DNA of 64,000 nt, from positions 672,001 through 736,000 of the forward strand of contig CAXWPJ010000009.1 in assembly GCA_963664115.2 (NCBI GenBank), given 5' to 3'. Within the stretch, counting starts at the first letter, position 1. Each line of letters opens with the position of its first letter. The DNA comes from Terriglobia bacterium (GTDB taxonomy: Bacteria; Acidobacteriota; Terriglobia; 20CM-2-55-15). The notes beneath the pieces are model-generated. The model searched no databases, was not told the origin of the DNA, and saw nothing but the letters and a program-made list of their open reading frames with translations. Positions 31,430 through 40,971 of this stretch are shown in pieces. Made by a program: the position numbers and the translations under genes.

Positions 31430-32773
31430 ATGCGGGTCTTGTCAATCACCGCCGGAGCGGCTGGGATGTACTGCGGGAGTTGCGCCCGCGACAATGCGCT
31501 GGCACGGGAACTGTTGTCTCTCGGTCACGACTGCATGCTCGTGCCCGTCTACACACCCACACGAACAGACGAACCTAACGCGAGCCGCCCACACGTCCTG
31601 TTTGGCGGTATCAGCGTGTATCTTCAGCAATATGTCCCGCTTTTTCGCAGGACCCCCCGATTTTTGGATCGGCTGTGGGACTCCCCGTGGGTAATCGATC
31701 GTGTCGCGGGCCGCGCGGTGTCGAACGATCCCCAGTTATTGGGTGACCTCACGATCTCCATGCTCGAGGGCGAAGAGAGCGTCTTAGGAAAGGAATTCGA
31801 AAAACTCGTAGACTGGATCCGCCACCAACCCACACCGGATATCATCAACCTCCCCAACTCCCTGCTGATCGCGCTCGCAAAACCGCTGCGCGAGAGTTTC
31901 GATCGACCGGTTTGCTGCACACTGCAGGGAGAAGAACTCTTCATTGACGGCCTGCTGCCCCCCTATCGCGAACAGGCATTGAATCTCATCCGGCGGCAGA
32001 TCTCTGCGGTGGATCGCTTCGTCGCTGTCAGCGAATACTGCCGGCGCTTCATGATGGAGTACCTCCAGATACCTGAGGAGCGCATCGGGGTGGTGCCCCT
32101 CGGCATCAACTTGACGGGTTATCCCGACAGTCCAGCATCCAGGAACGACAACGCTGCTTTTCGTATCGGATATTTTGCCCGGGTGGCACCGGAAAAGGGT
32201 TTGCATGTGCTGGCCGACGCCTATGTACGGTTACGGCAGCGGATTGGTGACGTTTCGATACGGTTGGAGGCTGCCGGCTACACAGCGCCGGCACACTCCG
32301 GATACATGAACCAGATCCGCAATACCCTTGCCGAAGCCGGTTACGCGGACGAGTTTTCCTATCGGGGCGTGGTGGACCGCGAGGGAAAACTCGCTTTTCT
32401 CCAGGAACTCGACGTCCTTTCAGTTCCGGCAACCTACGACGAACCGAAAGGCATGTTTCTGCTTGAAGCCATGGCGAACGGCATTCCGGTTGTTCAGCCT
32501 CGCCGTGGCGCCTTTACCGAAATCATCGAGAAAACCGGGGGAGGTTTGTTGGTAGATGCCGACGATGCGGAAAGCCTGGCTGAAGGCTTGTGGCAGCTTT
32601 GGAAGGATCGTGGACAGCGCGATGCTATCGGTCGACGGGCTTTTGAAGGCGTCCATCAACACTATTCTGTGCGGCACTCGGCAAGCCAACTGATCGAACT
32701 ATACGACGAAGTGTTGAATAACTGGTCTGGAACAGACGCCCGGCCGAGAGCGGGTGCTACTCTTAGCGAATAA
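31430..32773 (+). CDS. GT4 family glycosyltransferase
   Basis: VVPLGI, GYFARVAPEKG, EPKGMFLLEAMANGIPVV (Ex7E). Confidence 0.9.
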   Translation: MRVLSITAGAAGMYCGSCARDNALARELLSLGHDCMLVPVYTPTRTDEPNASRPHVLFGGISVYLQQYVPLFRRTPRFLDRLWDSPWVIDRVAGRAVSNDPQLLGDLTISMLEGEESVLGKEFEKLVDWIRHQPTPDIINLPNSLLIALAKPLRESFDRPVCCTLQGEELFIDGLLPPYREQALNLIRRQISAVDRFVAVSEYCRRFMMEYLQIPEERIGVVPLGINLTGYPDSPASRNDNAAFRIGYFARVAPEKGLHVLADAYVRLRQRIGDVSIRLEAAGYTAPAHSGYMNQIRNTLAEAGYADEFSYRGVVDREGKLAFLQELDVLSVPATYDEPKGMFLLEAMANGIPVVQPRRGAFTEIIEKTGGGLLVDADDAESLAEGLWQLWKDRGQRDAIGRRAFEGVHQHYSVRHSASQLIELYDEVLNNWSGTDARPRAGATLSE

Positions 32774-32826
32774 GGCTTTCCGATACAAGAAAGGGTCTCG
32801 GCCTTGACCGGGGCTCTACAAAAACA

Positions 32827-33513
32827 TTGCTCAAAGTCTCACATCTAAACAAGCAATACTCGACCCCACGGGGCCCGCTCGTTGTCCTGTCCGATGTCAG
32901 TCTGGCCCTTGAGCCCGGCGATGCAGCCGCGATCATGGGGCCATCGGGTAGTGGCAAGAGCTCCCTCCTTTACGTGCTTGGAGGTCTGGAGCCACCGTCG
33001 GCGGGAGGGGTGAGTCTGGATGGACAGGATCTGTTGCGAATGAGTCCTTCTGAACAGGCCAGTTTCCGCAACTCCCGGATCGGCTTCGTGTTCCAGGACC
33101 ACTGTCTGCTGCCCCAATGCTCCGTCATTGAGAATGTGCTTGTTCCAACTCTGGCGCTGCATGGGAAGCAAAGTGAAACGCCTCAAGACTTTACCCCCCA
33201 TGCGCGTTCACTTGTCGAACAGGTCGGATTGGGAGACCGTATCGACCACAGACCGGCCGAGTTGTCCGGCGGCGAACGGCAACGTGTCGCCATCGCCCGG
33301 GCACTGATCCGCCGACCCCGTTTGCTTCTGTGTGATGAACCCACTGGGAACCTCGACGAGGGGACGGCGGAGACGGTCGCATCGCTTCTGCTCGAACTTC
33401 ATCGGGTGCAGAAGAACATCCTGATCGCGGTCACGCATAGCGCTCGTCTTGCCGCCCAGTTTCCGATACGTTTTGAGCTTGCGCAGCAGCGCTTGCGTCG
33501 GGTTGAATCGTAG
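32827..33513 (+). CDS. ABC ATPase, LolD/MacB type
   Basis: [45 protein letters not shown]. Confidence 0.95.
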   Translation: MLKVSHLNKQYSTPRGPLVVLSDVSLALEPGDAAAIMGPSGSGKSSLLYVLGGLEPPSAGGVSLDGQDLLRMSPSEQASFRNSRIGFVFQDHCLLPQCSVIENVLVPTLALHGKQSETPQDFTPHARSLVEQVGLGDRIDHRPAELSGGERQRVAIARALIRRPRLLLCDEPTGNLDEGTAETVASLLLELHRVQKNILIAVTHSARLAAQFPIRFELAQQRLRRVES

Positions 33514-33563
33514 GTATCTGAAAATTCACCGAGGAAAACGACTCCACCGGCATACTTACCATC

Positions 33564-36500
33564 ATGTCTAAGCCCATCACACTGCCGCGTCTCGTCATTC
33601 AAAGCCTGACCTTCTATTGGCGGACGAACGTGGCAGTGGTCCTGGGAATCGCCGCGGCCGTTGCCGTTCTCGCCGGCGCCCTGCTCGTAGGTGACTCGGT
33701 GCGCGGCAGCCTCCGGGACCTTGTTCTCTTGAGAATTGGAAACACCGATCAAATCGTCATGTCGACGGACTTCTTCAGGGAGACGCTAGCCACAGATCTT
33801 GGTTCCCATCCCGATTTCGTCGGGAATTTCGACGATGTCTCTCCGATCGTTCTGGCCGAAGGGCTTGTCACGACTCAAACCGGAAGCGGGCGCGTGAATC
33901 AGGTTCGTGTCTACGGTGTCGATGACCGGTTCTGGCGGTTTCACGGTGTCGAGGAGATCAGCGGCCCCGAGGGCCGACAAGCACTCCTCAGCCCCGCTTT
34001 GGCCGAAGCACTGGGGGCGGAACCCGGGGCAACGATCCTGGTCCGAGTTCAGCGACCGTCTGAGATTCCCCTGGAATCAATCCACGGCAACAAGGAAGAC
34101 CTGGGCCGCACGATCCGAGCGAATATGGCGGCTGTGGTCCCTCGTGAAACACTCGGCGAGTTTTCCCTCGAAGCGGCTCAAGGGGAGGTTTACGCGGTCT
34201 TTCTTCCTCTGCGATTGCTCCAGCAGGACCTCGACATCGACCGCCAGGTCAACCTGCTGCTCGTGTCCTCAAGCTTGGATGACGGAGATCTGGCGACCGC
34301 GACGCTCGAGGAGATCGTTCGAAGCGAAGCCGAACTGGGCGATCTGGGTTTGAGCCTCCGATTACTGGAACCACCCGGGGCAATGATCCTCGAGGGTTCC
34401 GGGGGGCTGATCAGCGATGACAAGGAACGTATCGCCCTTGAAGCCGGGGCTGACCTCAACCTGGAAGCCCGCCCGATGTTCACCTATCTCGTCAACAGTC
34501 TCGGAAACGATCGAACCGAAATTCCGTACTCACTGGTCACCGCTACCGACCTTGCAGCGTTGGTCGGGACAGACGATACGTTCACTGCATCCGACATGGA
34601 TCCGATTGTCCTCAGCGACTGGGCAGCGAACGACCTGGGGGTTTCCACCGGCGACCGCCTGTCGATGGAGTACTACGTCTGGGAGGATCCTGGGCAATTG
34701 GTCACTCGCACCGCAGACTTCGAAGTTGCAGCAGTGGTTCCCGTCGACACGGGAGACCGGGCCATGGCGCCCAATTATCCGGGCATCACCGATTCGGCGT
34801 CCGTTGGCGATTGGGACCCGCCGTTCCCGATTGATCTGGGTCGAATTCGTCCTGTTGACGAAGAGTATTGGGATCTTTACCGGACCACACCCAAGGCATT
34901 CATATCTCTCGAAGTCGGCCGCGAGCTCTGGCGGTCCCGATACGGTTCGATCTCGTCCATTCGCTTTACTCCGAACCCGGACCCGGTAGACGCGGCCGCC
35001 CTCGAGGAGACGGTGGCCAACTACGCAGAACGTTTGGCAACGGACCTGGATGCGCTCGGTATCGGCTTGGCAGTCCGTTCGGTGCGATCTGAAAGTATCG
35101 AGGCTTCGCGTGGTGCCACGAACTTTAGTGAGTATTTCGTGTACTTCAGTTTCTTCCTCGTCGTATCGGCGCTTCTGCTGGCGGCTTTGTTCTTCAAGTT
35201 GAGCGTCGAACAGAGGGGACGGGAGCTTGGGTTACTGCGATCGGTCGGTTTTACGCCTCGAATGCTTCGACGCCTGTTTCTGATCGAAGGCCTGGTACTG
35301 TCCTCATTGGGTGCGGTGATCGGCGTGTGGGGTGGGTTGGGATACGCGTGGCTCCTGGTACGCGCGCTGGGCACCTGGTGGGTCGATGCCGTAGGGACCA
35401 CCGCAGTCAGCCTTCATGTTTCGAACCTATCTCTCGCTGCCGGTGCGGTAGGCGGCATCGGTGCGGCCATGGTGTGCATTTGGGCCACTCTCCGCGGCCT
35501 CGGATCGGTGTCCGAACGTCGTCTGCTGGCCGGACAACTGGCCGATGAAGGCGTGGGCGGAACTCGGGGTCGAAACCGCCTGGCACGCGTGGGTTGGATT
35601 GCGTTGGGCGGTGCAGGTGTTCTCCTCATAGCGGGTGCAGGCACCGGTTTCGTCGAGCGGGCTGCTGGGTTTTTCGGTGCAGGCATGGCGTTTCTGGCTG
35701 CCAGCCTGTGCTACCTGGTGGTCCGGTTTCGTCGTCCGGCGGAAAAGATGCTGGAGGGGCAGGGCTGGTGGCCGGTTTCCCGCTTGGGCCTTAGAAACGT
35801 CACATACAGGCCAACACGCAGTGTCACCGCGATTGGCATGATCGCTTCAGCTACATTCATTCTGATCTCAGTCGATGCTTTCCGCAGAGACGCGATCACG
35901 AACGTCGGTCCGACTTCCGGATTGGGGGGTTACACCGTAGTCGTCGAGTCGCTGCTGCCTCTCATACAGGATCCAGCCAGCTTCGAAGGTCAGGCCCAAC
36001 TCGGACTGGAGGGCTTCGATGCGGTCGCCGTAGAGCCTTTCCGCGTCCGGCCGGGCGACGATGCCAGTTGTCTGAACCTATACGAACCGACGAACCCCCG
36101 AATCGTCGCTCCCAGCAACGCGTTTATCGAACGGGGTCGTTTCGCGTTCCTGGATTCCCAGCCTTCGACCGAGGCGGAACGCGCAAACCCGTGGCAGATA
36201 CTCCATCGGGTCGAACCCGACGGTGCGATCCCGGTGATCGCCGACGCGAACTCCATGACCTACGTCCTGCATCGGGAACTCGGTGAGGAGATCATCATCA
36301 CCCAGGGAGACCGCGCGATTCGACTTCGACTTGTGGCGGCGTTGGACGACAGCATATTCCAGGGAGAGCTCCTCATGTCGGAAGAGAATTTCCTGGAGCT
36401 GTTTCCCGAACACGACGGCTATCGTCTCCTGCTTGTGGAGACGGAGCCGGAACGCGAGAGCGAAGCGGTGTCGTCGATTGAAGACGCGCTGGTGGATTTC

Positions 36501-36938
36501 GGTGGATCCGCAACGGGAACCGCCGACCGCCTTGCCCAGTTCCACCGGGTCGAGAACACTTACCTGTCAACTTTCCAGATGCTCGGCGGATTGGGTCTGT
36601 TGCTCGGGACGATCGGTCTGGGTGCAGTGCTGTTACGAAACGTATTAGAGCGTCGACGGGAACTGGCTTTGATGCGCGCCCTTGGCTACCAGCAGTGGGA
36701 TTTTCTGTTGATGTCGATGGCCGAAAGCCTTGCGCTGCTGGTTGCGGGCCTCCTGACCGGCGCAGCCTCGGCGTTCCTCGCCACAGCTCCCGTGGTTTGG
36801 GATCGGGGGGGGCAACTTCCAGGTACGCTTGTTCTCGGATTACTGGGCGGCGTTTTGGTTGTCGGCTTGGTCGCATCGCTGACCGCGACCGCCGCGGCCC
36901 TCAGGTCACCATTGTTACCAGCACTTCGAGAAGAGTGA
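33564..36938 (+). CDS. Duplicated FtsX/MacB-type ABC permease (1124 aa)
   Basis: Two large periplasmic domains, each followed by a TM cluster with QRGRELGLLRSVGF / ERRRELALMRALG motifs. Confidence 0.9.
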   Translation: MSKPITLPRLVIQSLTFYWRTNVAVVLGIAAAVAVLAGALLVGDSVRGSLRDLVLLRIGNTDQIVMSTDFFRETLATDLGSHPDFVGNFDDVSPIVLAEGLVTTQTGSGRVNQVRVYGVDDRFWRFHGVEEISGPEGRQALLSPALAEALGAEPGATILVRVQRPSEIPLESIHGNKEDLGRTIRANMAAVVPRETLGEFSLEAAQGEVYAVFLPLRLLQQDLDIDRQVNLLLVSSSLDDGDLATATLEEIVRSEAELGDLGLSLRLLEPPGAMILEGSGGLISDDKERIALEAGADLNLEARPMFTYLVNSLGNDRTEIPYSLVTATDLAALVGTDDTFTASDMDPIVLSDWAANDLGVSTGDRLSMEYYVWEDPGQLVTRTADFEVAAVVPVDTGDRAMAPNYPGITDSASVGDWDPPFPIDLGRIRPVDEEYWDLYRTTPKAFISLEVGRELWRSRYGSISSIRFTPNPDPVDAAALEETVANYAERLATDLDALGIGLAVRSVRSESIEASRGATNFSEYFVYFSFFLVVSALLLAALFFKLSVEQRGRELGLLRSVGFTPRMLRRLFLIEGLVLSSLGAVIGVWGGLGYAWLLVRALGTWWVDAVGTTAVSLHVSNLSLAAGAVGGIGAAMVCIWATLRGLGSVSERRLLAGQLADEGVGGTRGRNRLARVGWIALGGAGVLLIAGAGTGFVERAAGFFGAGMAFLAASLCYLVVRFRRPAEKMLEGQGWWPVSRLGLRNVTYRPTRSVTAIGMIASATFILISVDAFRRDAITNVGPTSGLGGYTVVVESLLPLIQDPASFEGQAQLGLEGFDAVAVEPFRVRPGDDASCLNLYEPTNPRIVAPSNAFIERGRFAFLDSQPSTEAERANPWQILHRVEPDGAIPVIADANSMTYVLHRELGEEIIITQGDRAIRLRLVAALDDSIFQGELLMSEENFLELFPEHDGYRLLLVETEPERESEAVSSIEDALVDFGGSATGTADRLAQFHRVENTYLSTFQMLGGLGLLLGTIGLGAVLLRNVLERRRELALMRALGYQQWDFLLMSMAESLALLVAGLLTGAASAFLATAPVVWDRGGQLPGTLVLGLLGGVLVVGLVASLTATAAALRSPLLPALREE

Positions 36939-36939
36939 G

Positions 36940-38310
36940 TTGAGGCTGCGGATGAAAAAGATCAGGAACATCAACCCGAAGAGGCTGTGGGCAGTCGGGG
37001 CAAGTGTCGCTACGGCTTTGCTTGTGACTGTGGCGCTGGGCGGCGGCACGCGTTCGGTGGAAACAGTGGTGTCCCAACAGGCGCTGAACGAGTCCTCCGA
37101 ACCGGGACGGGATGGAGCAATTCGAATGGTTCCCGTCGAGGGCGAAGGGGTGGGATACTGGCCACGCTGGCGCGGACCCTCGGGTCAGGGGCGCGTCGAT
37201 GGCAGCGGTTACCCGGATACCTGGTCGGAGTCCGAAAACGTCCTGTGGAAAACCCCCGTACCGGGGAACGGAAACTCGTCACCCGTGGTGTGGGATGACA
37301 GCATTTTTCTCACGACGGCCGATAACGGCGGCCAACGGCTATCCCTTCTGGCCTACAGCCGGTCCGATGGCGCGCTGCTCTGGGAGAGCTTCGCTCCCGA
37401 GGGGAGATCGGAGCGGGTCCATCAGAAGAACGGTCACGCCTCGGCGACGCCGACGACGGACGGTGAACGCATATATGTCTCCTTCGGCGCCCGTGGATTG
37501 ATGGCCTTCAGTATGGACGGCGACCTGATGTGGAGTCAGGATGTCGGCCAAATCAGCAACTATCACGGAGCAGCCGGTTCACCTCTGGTCTATAAGGACA
37601 AAATCATTATCTTTCAGGATCACTCCGCCGGTTCGTTCGTTGCTGCGTACGACACCCGAACAGGCGAAGAGTTGTGGCGAACTCCGCGGCGAGCGAGCGT
37701 GGGCTGGGGTTCACCGATCGCCGTTCACGTTGACGATCATGACGAGATCATCGTCCACAGCCAGAGACGGGTTCAAGCATATGATCCGGACACCGGACTG
37801 GAGCTATGGTGGTGCAACGGAAACACCTTCGAAGTGATTCCAACGCCGGTGGTCGGTTACGGAATGCTCTTCTGTTCCTCCGGACGCGCGGGTCCGACGA
37901 TGGCGATCCGTCCCGGCGGCGAAGGCGACGTCACCGACAGCCATCTCGTCTGGTCGAGTCCAAGGGGATCGCCATTTGTTCCGTCTCCAATTCTGTACGG
38001 TGACCAGATCTACATGGTCAACGACATGGCGAGCATTGCGACGTCTTTCGATGCGAGAACGGGAGAAACGATGTGGCAGGGACGACTCGGTGTGGCCCGG
38101 CGAGAGGGCTTTTCCGCTTCACCGGTGGCTGTGGACGGCAAGGTGTTCTTCACCAACGATAACGGCGAGACCTTTGTGAGTCGCGCCGGCACAGAATTTG
38201 AAGTGCTGCATGTAAACGACATCGGTGAGCGCACTCTGGCGTCGCCGGCGCTCGTGGATGGAAAATGGTACATCCGCACCGAGCAGAGTTTAATCGCTAT
38301 TGGCGAGTGA
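36940..38310 (+). CDS. Exported PQQ-like beta-propeller protein
   Basis: N-terminal hydrophobic segment, WPRWRGPSG, GNSSPVV, ASATPTTDG, FSASPVA, LASPALVDG. Confidence 0.87.
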   Translation: MRLRMKKIRNINPKRLWAVGASVATALLVTVALGGGTRSVETVVSQQALNESSEPGRDGAIRMVPVEGEGVGYWPRWRGPSGQGRVDGSGYPDTWSESENVLWKTPVPGNGNSSPVVWDDSIFLTTADNGGQRLSLLAYSRSDGALLWESFAPEGRSERVHQKNGHASATPTTDGERIYVSFGARGLMAFSMDGDLMWSQDVGQISNYHGAAGSPLVYKDKIIIFQDHSAGSFVAAYDTRTGEELWRTPRRASVGWGSPIAVHVDDHDEIIVHSQRRVQAYDPDTGLELWWCNGNTFEVIPTPVVGYGMLFCSSGRAGPTMAIRPGGEGDVTDSHLVWSSPRGSPFVPSPILYGDQIYMVNDMASIATSFDARTGETMWQGRLGVARREGFSASPVAVDGKVFFTNDNGETFVSRAGTEFEVLHVNDIGERTLASPALVDGKWYIRTEQSLIAIGE

Positions 38311-38442
38311 AAGAGTTAACCCGCATCCCTCTACTTTTGGAATTACTACTGACGTGTGAACCCACAACTTGAAGGCAGAGCGATGAACCGATGGCCCTAC
38401 CTAAGATTCAACGAAAGCTTTTCGGTTCACGCTTGTCTCTTC

Positions 38443-38488
38443 GCACTCCTGCATAGTGCCTGCCATGCTTGACCCACTCCGTTTGAAC
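38443..38488 (+). repeat. Left 46-bp direct repeat bounding the integron island
   Basis: GCACTCCTGCATAGTGCCTGCCATGCTTGACCCACTCCGTTTGAAC; 41/46 identical to 45027-45072. Confidence 0.85.
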
Positions 38489-38580
38489 GGCACAGCGTTC
38501 AGCCGCAAACGGCGCAACATCCTGTTTCAGTTGCAACGAATCGCCGCGCGCCGTTTGGAGGCTGCAACGTTTTGTTAGGG
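38482..38580 (-). other. attC site of cassette 5 (terminal)
   Basis: Minus strand: CCCTAAC (R'', overlapping the ORF6N stop) - GTTGCAGC (L'') - stem - GCTGAAC (L') - GTTCAAA (R'). Confidence 0.85.
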
Positions 38581-39108
38581 CTCATCTTTGGCAAAACCGA
38601 TTTGTCGTTTCTTCGGTAAGGCTTCTGGGCTCGCCAGTTGCCTGATCGCCTTGACCAACGCAACAATCTGACCGTCATGGTCGGTCAGCCGCCTCTCAAG
38701 TTGATTCAGTCGCCGAGCCAATTCTTTGTCTTGTCCGACTATTTGACGGAGCTTCACGAATGCCCGTATCACGAACACGCTCATCTCAACGGCCCGGCGG
38801 CTATTCAAGACGCTGGCTGCCATGAGAGCTCCGTGTTCGGTAAAAACGTACGGCAGCGCTTTGGAGAACTTGAGCTTCTCCAGGTGGTCGCAGTTTGCGA
38901 CCACCTCGGACTTTTCAGAGTGCGTCAGCTGAAAAACAAAGTCCGTCGGAAACCGATCTTTGTTCCGCTTGACCTGCTCATTCAATCTCTTCGTGGAAAC
39001 CCCATAGAATCCCGCCAGACCGGCGTCTATTACGACCTTTTCTCCGCGAATCAAGAGAATCTTATTCTCGATTTGACTGCTGCGGATCGCTGGCTTGACT
39101 GAATCCAT
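38575..39108 (-). CDS. ORF6N-domain DNA-binding protein (cassette 5)
   Basis: IRGEKVVID..LAGFYGV.TKRLNEQVKRN..RFP.DFVFQL, PYVFTEHGALM, C-terminal coiled coil and IGF. Confidence 0.92.
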   Translation of the reverse strand: MDSVKPAIRSSQIENKILLIRGEKVVIDAGLAGFYGVSTKRLNEQVKRNKDRFPTDFVFQLTHSEKSEVVANCDHLEKLKFSKALPYVFTEHGALMAASVLNSRRAVEMSVFVIRAFVKLRQIVGQDKELARRLNQLERRLTDHDGQIVALVKAIRQLASPEALPKKRQIGFAKDEP

Positions 39109-39172
39109 CCAGCCTTCAGTCTAACGACAGTTCCGGCCGGAAGTGGTCGCATTTTGCGGCCTGCCTTTGTAG

Positions 39173-39266
39173 CCCTAACGGCTCACGATTGAGCTGCAGC
39201 GGCTGCAACCGCTTTTAACAATCTGCCCATACCGCAGCCGCTGCCAGCTCCAATCGGTTGTTAGGC
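39173..39266 (-). other. attC site of cassette 4
   Basis: Minus strand: GCCTAAC - ATTGGAGC - stem GCAGCGGCTGC..GCAGCCGCTGC - GCTCAAT - GTTAGGG. Confidence 0.9.
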
Positions 39267-39267
39267 G

Positions 39268-39945
39268 TCAATAATCCTTTGTCAGGCGCTGCTCTCGATG
39301 GAACAGTTCGTGGCAATCTCGACAGAGGGCGATCAAATCCTTGAAGTATTCGTCGCCGCGCCGCTCGTAGGTTCGATGATGAACGTCGAGTAGAGTATCG
39401 GCAGCATTGCAGATTTGACATCGAAATCCTGCGCTTTTCAGATGACGTGCTCTGCGTTCTTTCCATTCAGGACTCTGTAGATACTCGCGATATGACATGG
39501 TGCGTAGTTCGTGTAAGCGCACTGAAACTTGTCGGTTACGAACCTCCCACTCCTCGCGAGATTTCTGTTGAAGCGCCGTCGAGCAATCTTCGCAAGTCGG
39601 CCTCCCTCTTCGTAGCTCTGTACGGCTTGTGACCGGGACGGACCGCCCACACCGGTTACAAGGAAAGTCGGCCGTGATTGAACCGACCGTCCTCCGTAGC
39701 TCGTACTCATTAGTTCCGAGGAGATCCTTGGCGATTGCCTTCGCGGAAAGTCTAGGCTGGGTCCAATAGAGGTAACGAGCGGCCTCCATTCGCTCAGTCT
39801 CTGAAGGTAACTCCGACGCGATCTTTGATGGGATGTCGCGCAGCCGGTTGCGAAGCTGCTCGATGCCGTCAGTCATCTGGGCGATATCCTCAAGAATAGC
39901 TTCAAGTTCATCGATGGCACGACAAGCTGGCCTCGTAATTGTCAT
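39268..39945 (-). CDS. Zn-finger HNH endonuclease-like protein (cassette 4)
   Basis: CNRC/CEDC ribbon, YREYLQSPEW, CQIC, DVHHRTY, LIALCRDCHELFH; start set at the ATG just after the attC. Confidence 0.8.
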   Translation of the reverse strand: MTITRPACRAIDELEAILEDIAQMTDGIEQLRNRLRDIPSKIASELPSETERMEAARYLYWTQPRLSAKAIAKDLLGTNEYELRRTVGSITADFPCNRCGRSVPVTSRTELRRGRPTCEDCSTALQQKSREEWEVRNRQVSVRLHELRTMSYREYLQSPEWKERRARHLKSAGFRCQICNAADTLLDVHHRTYERRGDEYFKDLIALCRDCHELFHREQRLTKDY

Positions 39946-39952
39946 CTTGTAC

Positions 39953-40018
39953 GCATAACGGTTTGGGCATGAGCCGCGGCGCGTCTTCTGCGCCGTCGGC
40001 TCCATGCCCGTGTTAGGC
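39953..40018 (-). other. attC site of cassette 3
   Basis: Minus strand: GCCTAAC - CATGGAGC - stem - GCTCATG - GTTATGC (66 bp). Confidence 0.9.
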
Positions 40019-40075
40019 GGCTGGCATCCCTCTCCACGGTCGCCCACAGTTGCTGGGTCACAGCCCTGTCTGTAG

Positions 40076-40942
40076 CTACTCACGACGAAATGCCTCTGCG
40101 AAAGGCGTGAAGTTGTCTGGACCGTAACCGGCCGAGAAAATTGCGAAGGCGACTACGGCAAAGTCTGCCGCACGCGCGGTGATCTCCTCCCAATAGACCT
40201 GTGCGAAGCGATGAGCGGGATTCCGAAAAGCACCACATCCGAATGCGCCGAGAACAACATGGCGAATCCGTTGATCGCGTAACGTGTCTAGTTGTGCCGC
40301 GACTCTCCTCCGAGCGTCATTTGGATCGAAATCGGAACCGTCACGAAGATCTTGAGCTGCCGCGCGAAGTTCGAAAAACGGGAACACTTGGTCCTCTAAT
40401 AGCCAACTATACCCGAGGTCTGCTCTCGATCGATCCTCAGGCCCGCGAATGCAGACGCGCGGGCTTTGTGCATCCAAGTAGACGACGCCGTGTTCAGCCG
40501 AGAGCAGCCTCGTCATCTCGGCGTGGTAGCGATCTAGCCCACGGTCATACTCTTCTTCACCGATCCGATGGTGGCAGTCGGTGCGGCGGAACATGTTCTC
40601 CTCTTGGGCCACCGCGCCCTCGACGTACGCGCCACCAGGCACGTATGCGTTCGCCATGTTGAGAACGGCGAAACACACTCCGTGCGTGCTTGTCAGCGAG
40701 CGGGTGACCTCACCCCAATCCCCTGGAAACACGTCGACGCGAAGCTCTGACTCGGAGGCACCGCTCGTGGCTTGCCAGCGGTCAAGGTTTTCCTTTGCGA
40801 GGCGATGATAGTGATCGGAAGGATCGGATCGGTCGAATGCCGCGATCGTCTCGCGCCGAACCTGGCGCCTGCGCGAGCAGTCGGCGCCACCGAACCCTCG
40901 GTTTATCGCCTCCTCTTCAGAACACAGACGCCGTCCGGTCAT
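40076..40942 (-). CDS. Bacterial-type PARG macrodomain (DUF2263/TIGR02452-like) (cassette 3)
   Basis: VLNMAN..PGG....GAVAQEE (GGG-x-QEE-like signature) and VLGAFGCGAFRNP motif. Confidence 0.85.
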   Translation of the reverse strand: MTGRRLCSEEEAINRGFGGADCSRRRQVRRETIAAFDRSDPSDHYHRLAKENLDRWQATSGASESELRVDVFPGDWGEVTRSLTSTHGVCFAVLNMANAYVPGGAYVEGAVAQEENMFRRTDCHHRIGEEEYDRGLDRYHAEMTRLLSAEHGVVYLDAQSPRVCIRGPEDRSRADLGYSWLLEDQVFPFFELRAAAQDLRDGSDFDPNDARRRVAAQLDTLRDQRIRHVVLGAFGCGAFRNPAHRFAQVYWEEITARAADFAVVAFAIFSAGYGPDNFTPFAEAFRRE

Positions 40943-40952
40943 GAGTCTGCCC

Positions 40953-40971
40953 GCCTAACTCATAATTAGCC
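40953..40971 (-). other. Truncated attC/attI hybrid site between cassettes 2 and 3
   Basis: Minus strand GGCTAA-TTATGA-GTTAGGC; no L boxes or stem; spacer matches attI TTATGT-GTT at 5/6 positions. Confidence 0.7.

Noticed and set aside
39119-39125. Extra GTTAGAC core (minus strand) as another attC
   Set aside because: No matching R'' or L boxes; the cassette 5 ends already pair using the 39173 site
39946-40083. N-terminal extension of the cassette 4 ORF
   Set aside because: It runs across an attC and the previous cassette; the start is more plausibly 39945
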